Assembly (NCBI GenBank): GCA_965219955.1
Contig: OZ244799.1
Coordinates: 608,001 to 672,000, forward strand
Length of the DNA stretch: 64,000 nucleotides
Reading direction: 5' to 3'
Source of the DNA: a bacterium
GTDB lineage: Bacteria > UBA8248
Below, in pieces: positions 1-10,189 of this stretch. Every line of letters starts with the position of its first letter. The first letter of the stretch is position 1. A program made the translations under genes and the position numbers. A model generated the notes under the pieces. It was not told where the DNA came from, ran no database searches, and saw only the letters and a list, made by a program, of their open reading frames with translations.

Positions 1-96
1 CTGGCGCTCATCGGCGAAGTGCAGAGAACGATTCGGGAGCAAAAGGGCATCGAGTTGACCCTGGAGTTGAACGTCGTCGGGGAGGACCCGGTGTGA
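1..96 (+). CDS. murB: 3' end of UDP-N-acetylmuramate dehydrogenase (partial)
   Basis: Frame 1 reads LALIGEVQRTIREQKGIELTLELNVVGEDPV*, which resembles the MurB C-terminus. It lies directly upstream of ftsQ. Confidence 0.75.
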   Translation: MALIGEVQRTIREQKGIELTLELNVVGEDPV

Positions 97-1007
97 GGCG
101 TTTATCTTTCAAATGGAGAGGGAAGGCCAAGAGCCGGGAGGTTTTCCTGAATCTCGCCCAGACGGCCGAATATCCCGGGGTCGTCAGAAAAAGCGTCAGG
201 CGGGACGGCAAAAAAAGCGTCAGGCGAAATGACGAAAAGAGAGCCGGCGCAAACTGGCTATGGCCGGCAATCGGGTTTTTGGTCTTCGTAGAGGTGCTTC
301 TCCTGGGCGGACACGCGGCCCGGTGGGCGAAGAGCAGCAGCCATTTCGAGTTGAGTGAGGTGGTGGTGACGGGACACCGGACGCTTCGGGCCGGAGATAT
401 CAGAAAACTCGTGGGAGTCGAGCCGGGGACGAACCTGTTCGACGCCGATCTGGCTGCCGTACGCGCGCGGGTGGCCTCCCATCCGTGGATCAAACGCGCA
501 AGCGTACGCATGCGTCCGCCCCATTTTCTTCAGGTCGACATTCTCGAGCGCAAACCCGCCGTTTTGCTCGTGGATCGCGAGACAATCGCGGTGGATGAGG
601 AGAACGTCCTGCTCGGCAGGATCAGGAAGCCGATCGCGGGATGCCTGCCCATGGTCGAGGGATTCGAATCGCGGCGTCTGAAGCCTGGCGACGTCGTTCG
701 CGACCCGCGTCTGGCGCGCTCCATGGAGGCGGTCTTTTTATTCCAGGATTCACCGGTGATTCGCGGCGAGTGCATTTCCGTCCGAAACACCGGATCGGGT
801 CAACTCCGGCTTCGCACCTCGGGGGGAAAGGTGGAACTTATGGTCAGTGAAGAGAGGATGGAGCGTCAGGCCGGTCGGCTCCGGGCCGTTGCGGATGACG
901 TTCTCCGCAAGAAGAAATTCGGAGCGGGCGGTCTCCAGTTGGATCTGAGATTTCCCGGCAGGGTTATCGTTCGGCCGCTCGCAAAGGATGGAGGGACTAT
1001 AGGATGA
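93..1007 (+). CDS. ftsQ: Cell division protein FtsQ/DivIB
   Basis: Single TM helix, POTRA-like segment (HPWIKRASVRMRPP) and C-terminal LDLRFPGRVIVRP; upstream of ftsA. Confidence 0.9.
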   Translation: MRRLSFKWRGKAKSREVFLNLAQTAEYPGVVRKSVRRDGKKSVRRNDEKRAGANWLWPAIGFLVFVEVLLLGGHAARWAKSSSHFELSEVVVTGHRTLRAGDIRKLVGVEPGTNLFDADLAAVRARVASHPWIKRASVRMRPPHFLQVDILERKPAVLLVDRETIAVDEENVLLGRIRKPIAGCLPMVEGFESRRLKPGDVVRDPRLARSMEAVFLFQDSPVIRGECISVRNTGSGQLRLRTSGGKVELMVSEERMERQAGRLRAVADDVLRKKKFGAGGLQLDLRFPGRVIVRPLAKDGGTIG

Positions 1008-2245
1008 GCAAACATGGCGATGTGCTGGTGGGTCTGGACATCGGCACCTCGAAAATCTGCGTGGTCGTGGCCGAGGTGAACGAAGACGGCTCCCTTGAAA
1101 TCGTGGGTTTGGGAAAAACCGCCTCGAAAGGGCTCAACCGGGGCTCGGTGGTGAACATCGATCAGACGGTGGAGTCGGTTCAGACGGCGGTGGGAGAGGC
1201 GGAGTTCATCAGCGGCTCGCCCATCCGGTCCGCATTCGTCGGCGTGGCGGGGGGGCACATCCGCAGCTTCAACACCAACGGAATCGTGGCCATCAAGAAC
1301 AAGATTGTGACGCAGGAGGATATCGATCGCGTCGTCGAGCAGGCGCGCGCGGTCACGATGCCGACGGATCATGAAATCATTCATGTGCTGCCGCAGGAAT
1401 ATATCGTCGACGATCAGGAGGGCGTCACCGAACCCGCGGGCATGGCGGGCGTTCGCCTGGAGTGCAAGGTGCACGTCGTGACGGGCGCGATTCCCGCGAT
1501 CCAGAACATCACCCGCAGCGTCGAGAGGGCGGGCTTGAGCGTCGAGCGCCTGGTGCTTCAGCCTTTCGCCTCCTCCCTGGCCGCGCTGAGCGAAGACGAG
1601 CGCGACCTGGGCGTAGCCATCGTGGACATCGGGAGCGGCACGGCGGACGTCGCCGTCATCAGCGGGGGCGCGCTGCACTATTCGGCCGTCATCCCCGTGG
1701 GCGGCAGCCACATCACGAGGGATATGGCGATAGGATTGCGGACGCCGGACTACCAGGCCGAGAGAATCAAGCAGGAACACGGCTGCGCGCTCGCCGCCCG
1801 CGTATCGAACGATGAGGAGATCGAAGTGCCCAGCGTGGGAGGCCGCCCGCCGCGCGTATTGAGTCGGCAGATGCTCGCCGAGATCATCGAGCCCCGCATG
1901 GAGGAAATTTTGACGCTCATCCGCCGCGAGATACAAAAGAGCGGCATGGAGGATCTCCTGCCCGCCGGCGTGGTGCTCACGGGCGGGGCGAGCATCATCG
2001 AGGGCGCCGACGAACTGGCCGAGAACGTGCTTCAGCTTCCGGTGAGGCTGGGCGTTCCCGGCGGCATCAGCGGGCTGGTGGATATGGTCAACGGACCCAT
2101 GTACTCCACCGGCGTGGGCCTCGTGATGTATGCCATGAAAACGGGCGCCCCGCGGCGCCGCGGTCTCACGAACGGGGTGTCGCACGGCCCCATTCGACAA
2201 ACAACGCAAAAAATCCGCCATGTTTTGGCTAGTGTATTCAAATGA
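1004..2245 (+). CDS. ftsA: Cell division protein FtsA
   Basis: GLDIGTSK, VDIGSGT and GVVLTGG actin-fold motifs; synteny. Confidence 0.98.
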   Translation: MSKHGDVLVGLDIGTSKICVVVAEVNEDGSLEIVGLGKTASKGLNRGSVVNIDQTVESVQTAVGEAEFISGSPIRSAFVGVAGGHIRSFNTNGIVAIKNKIVTQEDIDRVVEQARAVTMPTDHEIIHVLPQEYIVDDQEGVTEPAGMAGVRLECKVHVVTGAIPAIQNITRSVERAGLSVERLVLQPFASSLAALSEDERDLGVAIVDIGSGTADVAVISGGALHYSAVIPVGGSHITRDMAIGLRTPDYQAERIKQEHGCALAARVSNDEEIEVPSVGGRPPRVLSRQMLAEIIEPRMEEILTLIRREIQKSGMEDLLPAGVVLTGGASIIEGADELAENVLQLPVRLGVPGGISGLVDMVNGPMYSTGVGLVMYAMKTGAPRRRGLTNGVSHGPIRQTTQKIRHVLASVFK

Positions 2246-2293
2246 TCGCAAGGGGAGGCGTGAGGCGCTTCCCGGGATCAAAGGGGGGGAACA

Positions 2294-3442
2294 ATGAGTG
2301 ATACGACGTTTTTCACACTGGATCAGGAGCCGCCGTGCAGCGCGAGGATCGCAGTCGTCGGCGTAGGAGGGGGCGGCGGCAATGCCGTCAACACCATGAT
2401 TTCCGCGGGTATGGAGGGTGTGGATTTCGTGGCCGCGAACACGGACGCCCAGGTTTTGGAGCGCTCCCTCGCGTCCTTGAAAATTCAGCTCGGACAGGAA
2501 TTGACGAACGGACTGGGGGCCGGCGGAAACCCGGATATCGGCCGGAAAGCCGCCCTGGAGGACACCGAGCGTCTCTCCGAATTCATGCACAGCCTCGAGA
2601 TGGTGTTCGTCACCGCGGGCATGGGCGGCGGCACGGGCACGGGCGCCGCTCCCGTCATCGCGCGGATCGCGAAAGAGGCGGGCGTGCTGACGGTGGGCGT
2701 CGTCACCAAGCCGTTCGAGTTCGAGGGTCCGCGCCGGATGAGCCAGGCCGACGAGGGGATCGACGAGTTGCGCGACGCCGTGAACACGCTCATCACCATC
2801 CCCAACCAGCGCCTGCTGGGAATGGTCGAGCGCTCCACGCCGATGATGGAGGCTTTCCAGAAGGCGAACAACGTCTTGTTGCGGGCGTGCAAGGGAATCG
2901 CCGACCTCATCACCACGCCCGGCCTGATCAATCTCGATTTCGCCGACGTGCGCACCATCATGCGCGACATGGGCGGCAAGGCGCTGATGGGCAGCGGTAC
3001 GGGCCAGGGGGAGAACCGGGCCGTCATCGCCGCGCAAAACGCCATCAACTCCCCGTTGCTCGAGGAGGGGACCATCGAGGGTTCCCGGGGCGTGCTCATC
3101 AACATCACGGGCGGAAAGGACCTTTCCCTGTTCGAAGTGAACGAGGCCTGCAAACTCGTCCATGAAAAAGCGCACCAGGATGCCAACATCATTTTCGGCT
3201 CGGTGATTGACGCGAACATGGACAACCAGATTCGCGTGACCGTTATCGCGACGGGCTTCGGGCGGGAATCGATTCGCGAGGTTCCCCCTCTGGAATCGGA
3301 AGCCACGGGCACCGAGGGCGGAAAAATATCGGTTCCCGCGTATATCCGGCTGAAAAACAACAAGACGCAATCCGGCATGCCGGACAACCTGGAGGATGAC
3401 GATCTGGACGTGCCCACTTTCCTGCGCAAGCAGGTGGACTAA
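2294..3442 (+). CDS. ftsZ: Cell division protein FtsZ
   Basis: [24 protein letters not shown] and C-terminal DVPTFLRK. Confidence 0.99.
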   Translation: MSDTTFFTLDQEPPCSARIAVVGVGGGGGNAVNTMISAGMEGVDFVAANTDAQVLERSLASLKIQLGQELTNGLGAGGNPDIGRKAALEDTERLSEFMHSLEMVFVTAGMGGGTGTGAAPVIARIAKEAGVLTVGVVTKPFEFEGPRRMSQADEGIDELRDAVNTLITIPNQRLLGMVERSTPMMEAFQKANNVLLRACKGIADLITTPGLINLDFADVRTIMRDMGGKALMGSGTGQGENRAVIAAQNAINSPLLEEGTIEGSRGVLINITGGKDLSLFEVNEACKLVHEKAHQDANIIFGSVIDANMDNQIRVTVIATGFGRESIREVPPLESEATGTEGGKISVPAYIRLKNNKTQSGMPDNLEDDDLDVPTFLRKQVD

Positions 3443-3661
3443 TCTCCCCACGTCGTTCGGTCGAGGGGGCCTCTCTCGCGCCTGACGACGCATTCCCCAT
3501 AGACGCGTCTGGGGGAGAGCATTCTCCCCCAGCCCCGCCTCTCCTGAGGGGATGGGCCTGTTTCTTGTAGCGCCACGGACCTCTCTTTATAATGAGAGGC
3601 GGGCGGAGAGGTTTCACACAGAGGTGTTCGATGATTTCCCGTCGTCCGGGATGGGTTGCGG

Positions 3662-4459
3662 ATGAATTCTCTGGAGCGTCAAGAATCCGGCGGCGTTGAA
3701 TTTCTCAGCTCACCCTTGCTGGAAGAACTCGGTTTCCTGCGTCACGGGTTCAGCACCCGGAGAGGCGGGACGAGCGAGGGCCGCTTCCGATCGCTCAATC
3801 TCGGGCGCGCCAGGGGTGAAGTTCCCGAAAACGTCGCGGAAAACAGGAGGCGCTTTTTCGATGCCGTCGATTTTCCGCCGGGACGCCTGGTGGAGGTAAA
3901 ACAGGTGCACGGGTGCGATGTTCTCGTGGCCGAGCGCATCTCCCCTGAAGAAAAAGCGTGCGGCGACGCCCTGATCACGAATGTCCCGGGCCTGGGTGTA
4001 GCGGTTCAGACGGCGGATTGCATTCCCATGCTCATCGCAGACGCGCGGAAAATGGCCGTCGCCGCCGTGCATGCGGGACGCAAGGGGATGGCCGGCGGCG
4101 TCTTGCCCGCGACGATCGAGCGGATGAAAGAGGAATACGGCTGTGACCCCGTGGACATGCGGGCCGCTCTCGGCCCCGCCATTTCCGGGGGTTGCTACGA
4201 GGTGGGTGAGGAGTGCCTGCCGTCTTTTCGCGAACGGCACCATAACTGGAGAGATTTCACCACCCACCTGGGGCGGGACAAGTGGCTGCTGGACCTTCCC
4301 CTGGCGGCGAGGCTTCAGTTGGTCTCGGCGGGGATTCCGGAAAACCGGATTGGCGCGCCGGGGCCTTGCACGTACTCTGAATCATCGGCGTTTTTTTCCT
4401 ACCGCCGGGACGGGCCGCCCACGGGGAGGCTGCTCTCGGCGATATGGATAAGAGCCTGA
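3662..4459 (+). CDS. pgeF: Peptidoglycan editing factor / purine nucleoside phosphorylase YfiH
   Basis: HGFSTRRGG, QVHG, TADC, HAG and FFSYRR motifs. Confidence 0.93.
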   Translation: MNSLERQESGGVEFLSSPLLEELGFLRHGFSTRRGGTSEGRFRSLNLGRARGEVPENVAENRRRFFDAVDFPPGRLVEVKQVHGCDVLVAERISPEEKACGDALITNVPGLGVAVQTADCIPMLIADARKMAVAAVHAGRKGMAGGVLPATIERMKEEYGCDPVDMRAALGPAISGGCYEVGEECLPSFRERHHNWRDFTTHLGRDKWLLDLPLAARLQLVSAGIPENRIGAPGPCTYSESSAFFSYRRDGPPTGRLLSAIWIRA

Positions 4460-4469
4460 GAGGGATACG

Positions 4470-5174
4470 GTGAGCATGATCGGGCAGCGATACGAGACGG
4501 TGAAGGGGCGCGTGGCGGATGCCGCCCGCGCCTGCGGCCGGGAGCCGGATGAAATTCGCCTTCTGGCCGTGAGCAAGACCCAGCCCCCCGAGCGCATCGT
4601 CGAGGCCATCGAGGCGGGCGTCGACATCATCGGGGAGAACCGGGTGCAGGAAGCCCAGGGCAAAAGGGACGAGATAGACCCCGAAATCGCGGGCAGGGCG
4701 AGGTGGCACCTCATCGGCAGCCTGCAAAGGAACAAGGCCCGCGCCGTGCCCGGGCTGTTCGATGTGGTGGAATCCGTCGATTCCCTCGCCCTGGCGCGTG
4801 AGTTGAACAAGCGCGTGAACGCCGCGGGGGGAGACCCCCTGGACGTGTTCATCCAGGTCAATACCGGAGAAGAAGCCCAGAAGGGCGGGGTTGCCCCGGG
4901 GGATGCGGTGACGCTCGTGCGGGAAGCCTCCGGGCTGGAAGCTTTACGGGTCGTCGGCTTGATGTGCATCCCGCCCCTGGGACGGGAGGCGAAGGAGAGC
5001 CGCCCCCATTTCCAGTTGTTGAGGAAGCTGAGGGATGAGGCGCAAGACGCCGGGTACTCGCACGTCCGGGAGCTGTCGATGGGCATGTCGAACGACTTCG
5101 AAGTCGCGGTAGCCGAGGGAGCGACGCTCGTCCGCATCGGCACGGCCATTTTCGGGCCGAGGGGAACGAACTGA
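4470..5174 (+). CDS. yggS: PLP homeostasis protein YggS
   Basis: AVSKT, GENRVQE, WHLIGSLQRNK, LSMGMS and RIGTAIFG motifs. Confidence 0.97.
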   Translation: MSMIGQRYETVKGRVADAARACGREPDEIRLLAVSKTQPPERIVEAIEAGVDIIGENRVQEAQGKRDEIDPEIAGRARWHLIGSLQRNKARAVPGLFDVVESVDSLALARELNKRVNAAGGDPLDVFIQVNTGEEAQKGGVAPGDAVTLVREASGLEALRVVGLMCIPPLGREAKESRPHFQLLRKLRDEAQDAGYSHVRELSMGMSNDFEVAVAEGATLVRIGTAIFGPRGTN

Positions 5175-5267
5175 GGGGAATTTGAATCAGGCCAATCATT
5201 TCAGTAGGATGGGCTGGTTCCGGCGTTCGGAGCGGTTTCGGGCTCACATGCGAAAGGTGCTTGGATC

Positions 5268-6074
5268 ATGGCGGAAATCCTTCTAATCGGTGGCGGGAAC
5301 ATGGGCGAAGCGCTCGCCATGGGCATGGTGAATTCCGCCTATGCGAAAGTAGGCGAGGTCGTCATCGCGGAACCCCTGGCGGAGCGCGCCGAATATCTCA
5401 GGCAATCCTCGGGGTTTCAGGTCGTGTCCGACGGGGCCGAAGCCGCTCCCGAGGCGCAAAAGGTCGTCATCGCCGTGAAGCCCCAGGTGCTGGACGCCGT
5501 TCTGGGTGGGCTGAAACACGCCCTGGCGCACCGCCCGCTCCTGATTTCCGTCGTCGCGGGCGCGCCCACGGGCCGGTTCACGGGGATTCTGGGCGAAGAG
5601 GCGCGCGTCGTCCGCGTCATGCCGAACACGCCCGCCCTCGTGGGGGAAGGCGCCGCGGGGCTTTGCGCGGGCGGAGGAGCGTCGGAGGCGGATTTGTCGC
5701 AAGCGAAACAGCTTCTGGAATCCGTCGGCAAGGCGGTGATTCTGCCCGAATCGCTGATGGACGCCGTAACGGGCTTGTCGGGCAGCGGCCCCGCGTATGT
5801 CTTCCAGTTCATCGAGGCGCTGGCGGACGGCGGGGTGAGGGCGGGCCTGCCGCGTGAGGAGGCGATGCTGCTGGCGGCCCAGACCGTTCTGGGCTCCGCG
5901 CGGATGCTCATCGAGACGGGAGAGCATCCGGGCCGCTTGAAGGACATGGTGGCCTCGCCCGGGGGAACGACCATCGCCGGTTTGCACGCGCTCGAAAACG
6001 GCGGGCTGCGCTCCGCCGTCATGAACGCCGTGAGCGCCGCCGCGCGCAGGAGCGAGGAGTTGGGCCGTGGCTAG
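5268..6074 (+). CDS. proC: Pyrroline-5-carboxylate reductase
   Basis: GGGNMG, AVKPQ, RVMPNTP, SGSGPAY and SPGGTT motifs. Confidence 0.97.
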   Translation: MAEILLIGGGNMGEALAMGMVNSAYAKVGEVVIAEPLAERAEYLRQSSGFQVVSDGAEAAPEAQKVVIAVKPQVLDAVLGGLKHALAHRPLLISVVAGAPTGRFTGILGEEARVVRVMPNTPALVGEGAAGLCAGGGASEADLSQAKQLLESVGKAVILPESLMDAVTGLSGSGPAYVFQFIEALADGGVRAGLPREEAMLLAAQTVLGSARMLIETGEHPGRLKDMVASPGGTTIAGLHALENGGLRSAVMNAVSAAARRSEELGRG

Positions 6075-6101
6075 CCCGTTTCTCCAAACGAGGGTTCGGC
6101 C

Positions 6102-6398
6102 GTGTTTCTGATATCGAATTTCATGAACGGGATCGGCGTGATCCTCAGCTATCTGCTGACCATCTACATCTGGATCATCATCATCCGCGCGCTCTTGTCG
6201 TGGGTGAACCCGGACCCCTACAACCCGATAGTCCAGATACTGTACCGTCTGACGGAGCCGGTGCTGGCGCCCGTGCGCTACCGGATGCCGGACATCGGAG
6301 GCATCGATGCGAGTCCGATTGTGGTATTGTTGATCATATTCTTTTTGCAAAGTTTTCTGGTTCAGAGTATTTTTGACCTGGCAAGCATGCTGCGTTGA
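6102..6398 (+). CDS. yggT: YggT family membrane protein
   Basis: LLSWVNPDPYNP...LTEP...GIDASP motif. Confidence 0.93.
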   Translation: MFLISNFMNGIGVILSYLLTIYIWIIIIRALLSWVNPDPYNPIVQILYRLTEPVLAPVRYRMPDIGGIDASPIVVLLIIFFLQSFLVQSIFDLASMLR

Positions 6399-6419
6399 TT
6401 TTCACCCGGGGAGCCTGCG

Positions 6420-6998
6420 ATGAAGTTCAGCGGCAACGACGTTCGAAGCCATAGTTTTTCGAGCAAGATGCGGGGCTACGATCGTCTCGAGGTCGATGCC
6501 TTCCTGTTCAAGGTGGCCGACTGGCTGGATCAGTCGGTGCGGAAGAACGAACAGCTCAGCCTGCAATGCAAGGACCTGTTCGATCAATACAACAGGTTGA
6601 GAGAAGAGCACGCCAATCTGCAGAAAATCCTCATCTCCGTGAATGAGCTCAGGGATCAGGCCACGGCCAAATCCGACGAATTGGTGGAAAAAGCGGAAAC
6701 CGACGCCGAAGAGACGATCAGGAAGGCCGAAGCCGAGGCGGAGGGGATTCGCGCGAAAGCCGAAAAAGATACCGAAAAGCTGCGCGAGGAGATAGAGGGA
6801 TTAACAACGCAGAGGGATAAGATACTTACCGATTTGTACGAGACGTTTCTCTCCCAGATGCGAACCCTCGAAACCGAGGGCGTCCGCATGGGGGTCGACC
6901 TCGCCCGCCTCCTTGACGAGGAAAGCGAAGAAGTTGCTGATGAGGAAAGCGAAAACGTCATCAAGTTGAACCAGAAAGCGGAGGGTGATGCGTCGTGA
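6420..6998 (+). CDS. divIVA: DivIVA domain protein
   Basis: N-terminal F...RGYDRLEVDAFL motif followed by coiled coil. Confidence 0.88.
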   Translation: MKFSGNDVRSHSFSSKMRGYDRLEVDAFLFKVADWLDQSVRKNEQLSLQCKDLFDQYNRLREEHANLQKILISVNELRDQATAKSDELVEKAETDAEETIRKAEAEAEGIRAKAEKDTEKLREEIEGLTTQRDKILTDLYETFLSQMRTLETEGVRMGVDLARLLDEESEEVADEESENVIKLNQKAEGDAS

Positions 6999-7288
6999 TC
7001 GGCCTCCGCGAGGAGGCGGACGGCGTCAGCTTTGAGGTTCGGGTCCAGCCGCGTTCATCCAAAACGGAAATCAGCGGAATTCAAGACGGCATCCTGCGGG
7101 TGCGGCTGACTTCGCCGCCCGTCGACGGGGCCGCCAACAGGCAGTGCATCGAGTTGCTCTCCCGGAAAATGAAGATACCAAAGCGCGCCATACGAATCGC
7201 CTCGGGCGAAAAAGCGCGCCGCAAGCGCCTGAAAATTTTGGGCCTGGGCGTCGAGGAGATGAAAAACATCCTGAACGGCCTGGCATAG
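6995..7288 (+). CDS. yggU: DUF167 / YggU family protein
   Basis: VRVQPRS...PPVDGAAN...SGEKARRK motif. Confidence 0.9.
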   Translation: MIGLREEADGVSFEVRVQPRSSKTEISGIQDGILRVRLTSPPVDGAANRQCIELLSRKMKIPKRAIRIASGEKARRKRLKILGLGVEEMKNILNGLA

Positions 7289-7313
7289 GGAACCATGCCC
7301 TTCGCGCGTAACC

Positions 7314-8390
7314 ATGAACGAGAGAATCCGGATGGGCGGCAAAAAAGAGATTGAGGGAAATTTTCACCACATCGCGTTTCGAGACGGCGCGCTCGTGCTT
7401 CTCGATCAGCGGAAACTTCCCCGCGAAGAGGTGTATCTCGAATGCCGCACGGAAGACGAGGCGGCCGAGGCCGTCAAGACCATGGTGGTGCGCGGCGCGC
7501 CCGCCATCGGGATAGCGGCGGGCTACGGCATGGCCCTGGCCGCCGCCCGCCATGCGGAATCGGGCTCCGGTGCGCAGCGCGAGGCGCTCGAACGGGCGGC
7601 CCGGGTGCTGGGCGCCACGCGCCCCACGGCGGTGAATCTTTTCTGGGCGATCGAAAAAATGATGGCGCACGTCGACAAAAGCGCCTCCGGGCCCGAAGCG
7701 CTGGCCGAAGAACTCCTCCACCTGGCCGAGGCGATGCGCAAAGAGGACGCCGCGGTTTGCCGCCGGATAGGCGACCTGGGCGCAGAGCTACTGCCGAAGG
7801 GGAGCAGCGTTCTCACGCACTGTAACGCGGGCGCGCTGGCGACCGCAGGCTACGGCACGGCGGGCGGCGTGATTCGCAGCGGCTTCCGGGACGGGCGGGT
7901 GCGGGAGGTTTTCGTGGACGAGACGAGGCCCTTCCTGCAGGGAGCGCGCCTCACCGCTTGGGAGTTGAGCCGCGACGGCATTCCCGTCGTGCTCATCACC
8001 GACAACATGGCCGCGCACTGCATGCGCCTGGGGAGGATCGGCGCGATCGTCGTGGGCGCCGACCGCGTGGCCGCCAACGGGGACGTCGCCAATAAAATCG
8101 GCACTTACGGCCTCGCGGTGCTCGCGAGAGAGCACGGGGTGCCCTTTTATGTGGCGGCGCCGACGAGCACCATCGACATGGAGGCGAAAAGCGGCGCGGA
8201 CATTCCCATCGAGGAGCGCCCCGGGGAGGAGGTCCGCTCCTTCGGCGGCGTGCCCGTCGCGCCGGAGGAGGTTCGCGTGTTCAACCCCGCGTTCGACGTG
8301 ACGCCCGCGCGCTTCGTGGACGCCCTGGTGACGGAGCGGGGATTGGTTCGCCTCGCCGAAGGGGAGTCTCTCGGCTCGATCCCGGGTTGA
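7314..8390 (+). CDS. mtnA: S-methyl-5-thioribose-1-phosphate isomerase
   Basis: LLDQRKLP, VRGAPAIG, RPTAVNL, THCNAGALAT, ETRPFLQG and NPAFDVTP motifs. Confidence 0.96.
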   Translation: MNERIRMGGKKEIEGNFHHIAFRDGALVLLDQRKLPREEVYLECRTEDEAAEAVKTMVVRGAPAIGIAAGYGMALAAARHAESGSGAQREALERAARVLGATRPTAVNLFWAIEKMMAHVDKSASGPEALAEELLHLAEAMRKEDAAVCRRIGDLGAELLPKGSSVLTHCNAGALATAGYGTAGGVIRSGFRDGRVREVFVDETRPFLQGARLTAWELSRDGIPVVLITDNMAAHCMRLGRIGAIVVGADRVAANGDVANKIGTYGLAVLAREHGVPFYVAAPTSTIDMEAKSGADIPIEERPGEEVRSFGGVPVAPEEVRVFNPAFDVTPARFVDALVTERGLVRLAEGESLGSIPG

Positions 8391-8454
8391 ACGGCTTCTC
8401 CTCGTACGGAGGGGTGATGATTGCCGTTTCAAAGCGGGATGTAGTCTTCTCGTG

Positions 8455-8484
8455 TTGACTTACGCCCCGAGAGCGGGCTATAAA
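8455..8484 (+). promoter_or_regulatory. Sigma70-type promoter for tRNA-Asp
   Basis: TTGACT-N18-TATAAA, about 40 nt upstream of the tRNA. Confidence 0.6.
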
Positions 8485-8522
8485 CCGACATTCTTCGGGC
8501 GGTTTTGAAGAGTTTTTTCATG

Positions 8523-8600
8523 GGGGCTGTAGCGAAGTTTGGTTATCGCGCTGGCCTGTCAAGCCAGAGATCGCGGGTTCGAGTCCCGTCAGCCCCGCCA
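8523..8600 (+). tRNA. tRNA-Asp (GTC)
   Basis: Acceptor stem GGGGCTG/CAGCCCC, anticodon arm CTGGC-CTGTCAA-GCCAG, GGTTCGA T-loop, encoded CCA. Confidence 0.97.
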
Positions 8601-8916
8601 CTTTTTACCGCCGCCCAGAATCTCTGTTTTTCTTGAGTTTGCGGGAGAAGATGCCGCTCCGCCTTGTCCCGGCGTCAGAGATTGGGTGAGCTTTGGTTTC
8701 CGGCGGAAGTTTGTCGTATAATGAATTTTAATGCTTAGAATTTATTTTTATTGATATAAGAAATTTCGCTTTCCTACATCGTAAGCGAATCTTTCTCAGT
8801 CTATGGGCGTAGGGCTTGATCAGGCCGAAGATGGACCGGCGTGGCGGGCTTTGCGTCTTTTCACGATTCCTTGGGCCGTCTCAAGGAAGTCTTCATCCAC
8901 TTCGAGGAGAAACGGA

Positions 8917-9906
8917 ATGAAAAGGTTTATCGGTTTCGCACTGGCCGCCGCGTTCGTTGCAGGTACGTTCGTGGTGGTCGCACCGGCCGAATCGGAGACG
9001 CTGCGAATCGGCGCGCACCGCTCCATGTGGGGTTCTTTCGAGATCATCGCCGACCGCATGGGCTACTGGAAGAAGGAAGGGCTGAAATACACAGTCGGCC
9101 ACTTCAAGCAGGGCAAACTGATGCGCAACGCCATCATCCAGAACAACCTGGACACCGGCACCACGGGCTTCTCGCCCTTCACCACGGCGATCGCCAAAGG
9201 CGCCAAGGTAACGGCCATCGGCGTCACGGCGAACATTTGCGCCGCCATCAACATCATCGTGCCCGCGAAATCCAAGGCGAAGAGCCTGAAAGATCTCAAA
9301 GGCTCGGTTTTCGCCAACAAGAAGGGCACGAGCACGGACTTCGCGTTCCAGTCCTACGTCGTTCCCGCGTATGGCCTGAAAAGTTCGGATTTCCCGCTTC
9401 TTAGCGTCCGCGCCACAGAGCGCATCGCAGCGCTTCTCTCCGGCGCCGCCAAGGCGGCCATGGTGGGTGAGCCGCAGGGTGAAATCGCCCGCGAGGCCGG
9501 CTACATCCGCTATCTCGAGAATCTCTGCAAGTACGACAACACGAGCATGATGCACGTGGGCAACCCGCAGACCCTCAAAAAACACCCCGGTCTCATCCAC
9601 AAATACTTCAAGGGCTGGCTGAAGGCGCACCAGTTGCTGAAGAACGACGTCAAAAAGTACGCCACGGTCTACACCAAGGCCCTGAACGAGGTGGGCGACA
9701 AGGCCAAGGTGAGCATCACGCTCAAAGCCATCAAAAAGCTCAAGACCGAGGTTTTCATCACCGATCGGGTGAAGAACTACCTGAACGACATGGGCGACAA
9801 GCAGATCAAGCTCGGCTGGATCAAGAGCCGCCCCGACTTCACCAAGAGTCCGTTCATCGATGATTCCATCCTCCGCAAGGCCGCGAAGGACATCGGCTTC
9901 AACTAG
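8917..9906 (+). CDS. ABC transporter substrate-binding protein, NitT/TauT (SsuA/THI5-like), copy 1
   Basis: Signal peptide and SLKDLKG...KKGTSTD motif; permease and ATPase nearby. Confidence 0.88.
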   Translation: MKRFIGFALAAAFVAGTFVVVAPAESETLRIGAHRSMWGSFEIIADRMGYWKKEGLKYTVGHFKQGKLMRNAIIQNNLDTGTTGFSPFTTAIAKGAKVTAIGVTANICAAINIIVPAKSKAKSLKDLKGSVFANKKGTSTDFAFQSYVVPAYGLKSSDFPLLSVRATERIAALLSGAAKAAMVGEPQGEIAREAGYIRYLENLCKYDNTSMMHVGNPQTLKKHPGLIHKYFKGWLKAHQLLKNDVKKYATVYTKALNEVGDKAKVSITLKAIKKLKTEVFITDRVKNYLNDMGDKQIKLGWIKSRPDFTKSPFIDDSILRKAAKDIGFN

Positions 9907-9929
9907 ACGATCACGCAATACGCAAAACG

Positions 9930-9964
9930 AAAACCCCCGGGAGTTTGCTCCCGGGGGTTTTTTT
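9930..9964 (+). terminator. Rho-independent terminator
   Basis: AAACCCCCGGGAG-TTTG-CTCCCGGGGGTTT followed by a T run. Confidence 0.85.
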
Positions 9965-10189
9965 GTGAAATTTTCCCGCATGATGTATAATAGAAGCATC
10001 GCGATATGAAAATAAGTCTGGTTTTGGGCGGAATCTCTCATTTCTCATTCTGATCTGAGAGGAGGGCATCGTACCACTGGCGAATGGGTTTCCGGCGTCG
10101 AGTATATTTCTGCGCCGCAAATCTTGCATTTTGTTGTAACGCTCTGGACTATCCATGTAAGTCTTCATTCACTCGAAGGAGGAACAGGC

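Noticed and set aside
186-237. Short ~24-nt tandem duplication in the ftsQ 5' region (KSVRR twice)
   Set aside because: In-frame low-complexity variation in the cytoplasmic tail, which is ordinary.
866-3493. 875-aa antisense ORF and many similar long shadow ORFs (e.g. 5283-6350, 8893-10041, 17991-19358, 57170-58321)
   Set aside because: They mirror well-supported genes on the opposite strand or another frame. This is expected from GC-rich codon bias, and they have no recognisable motifs.
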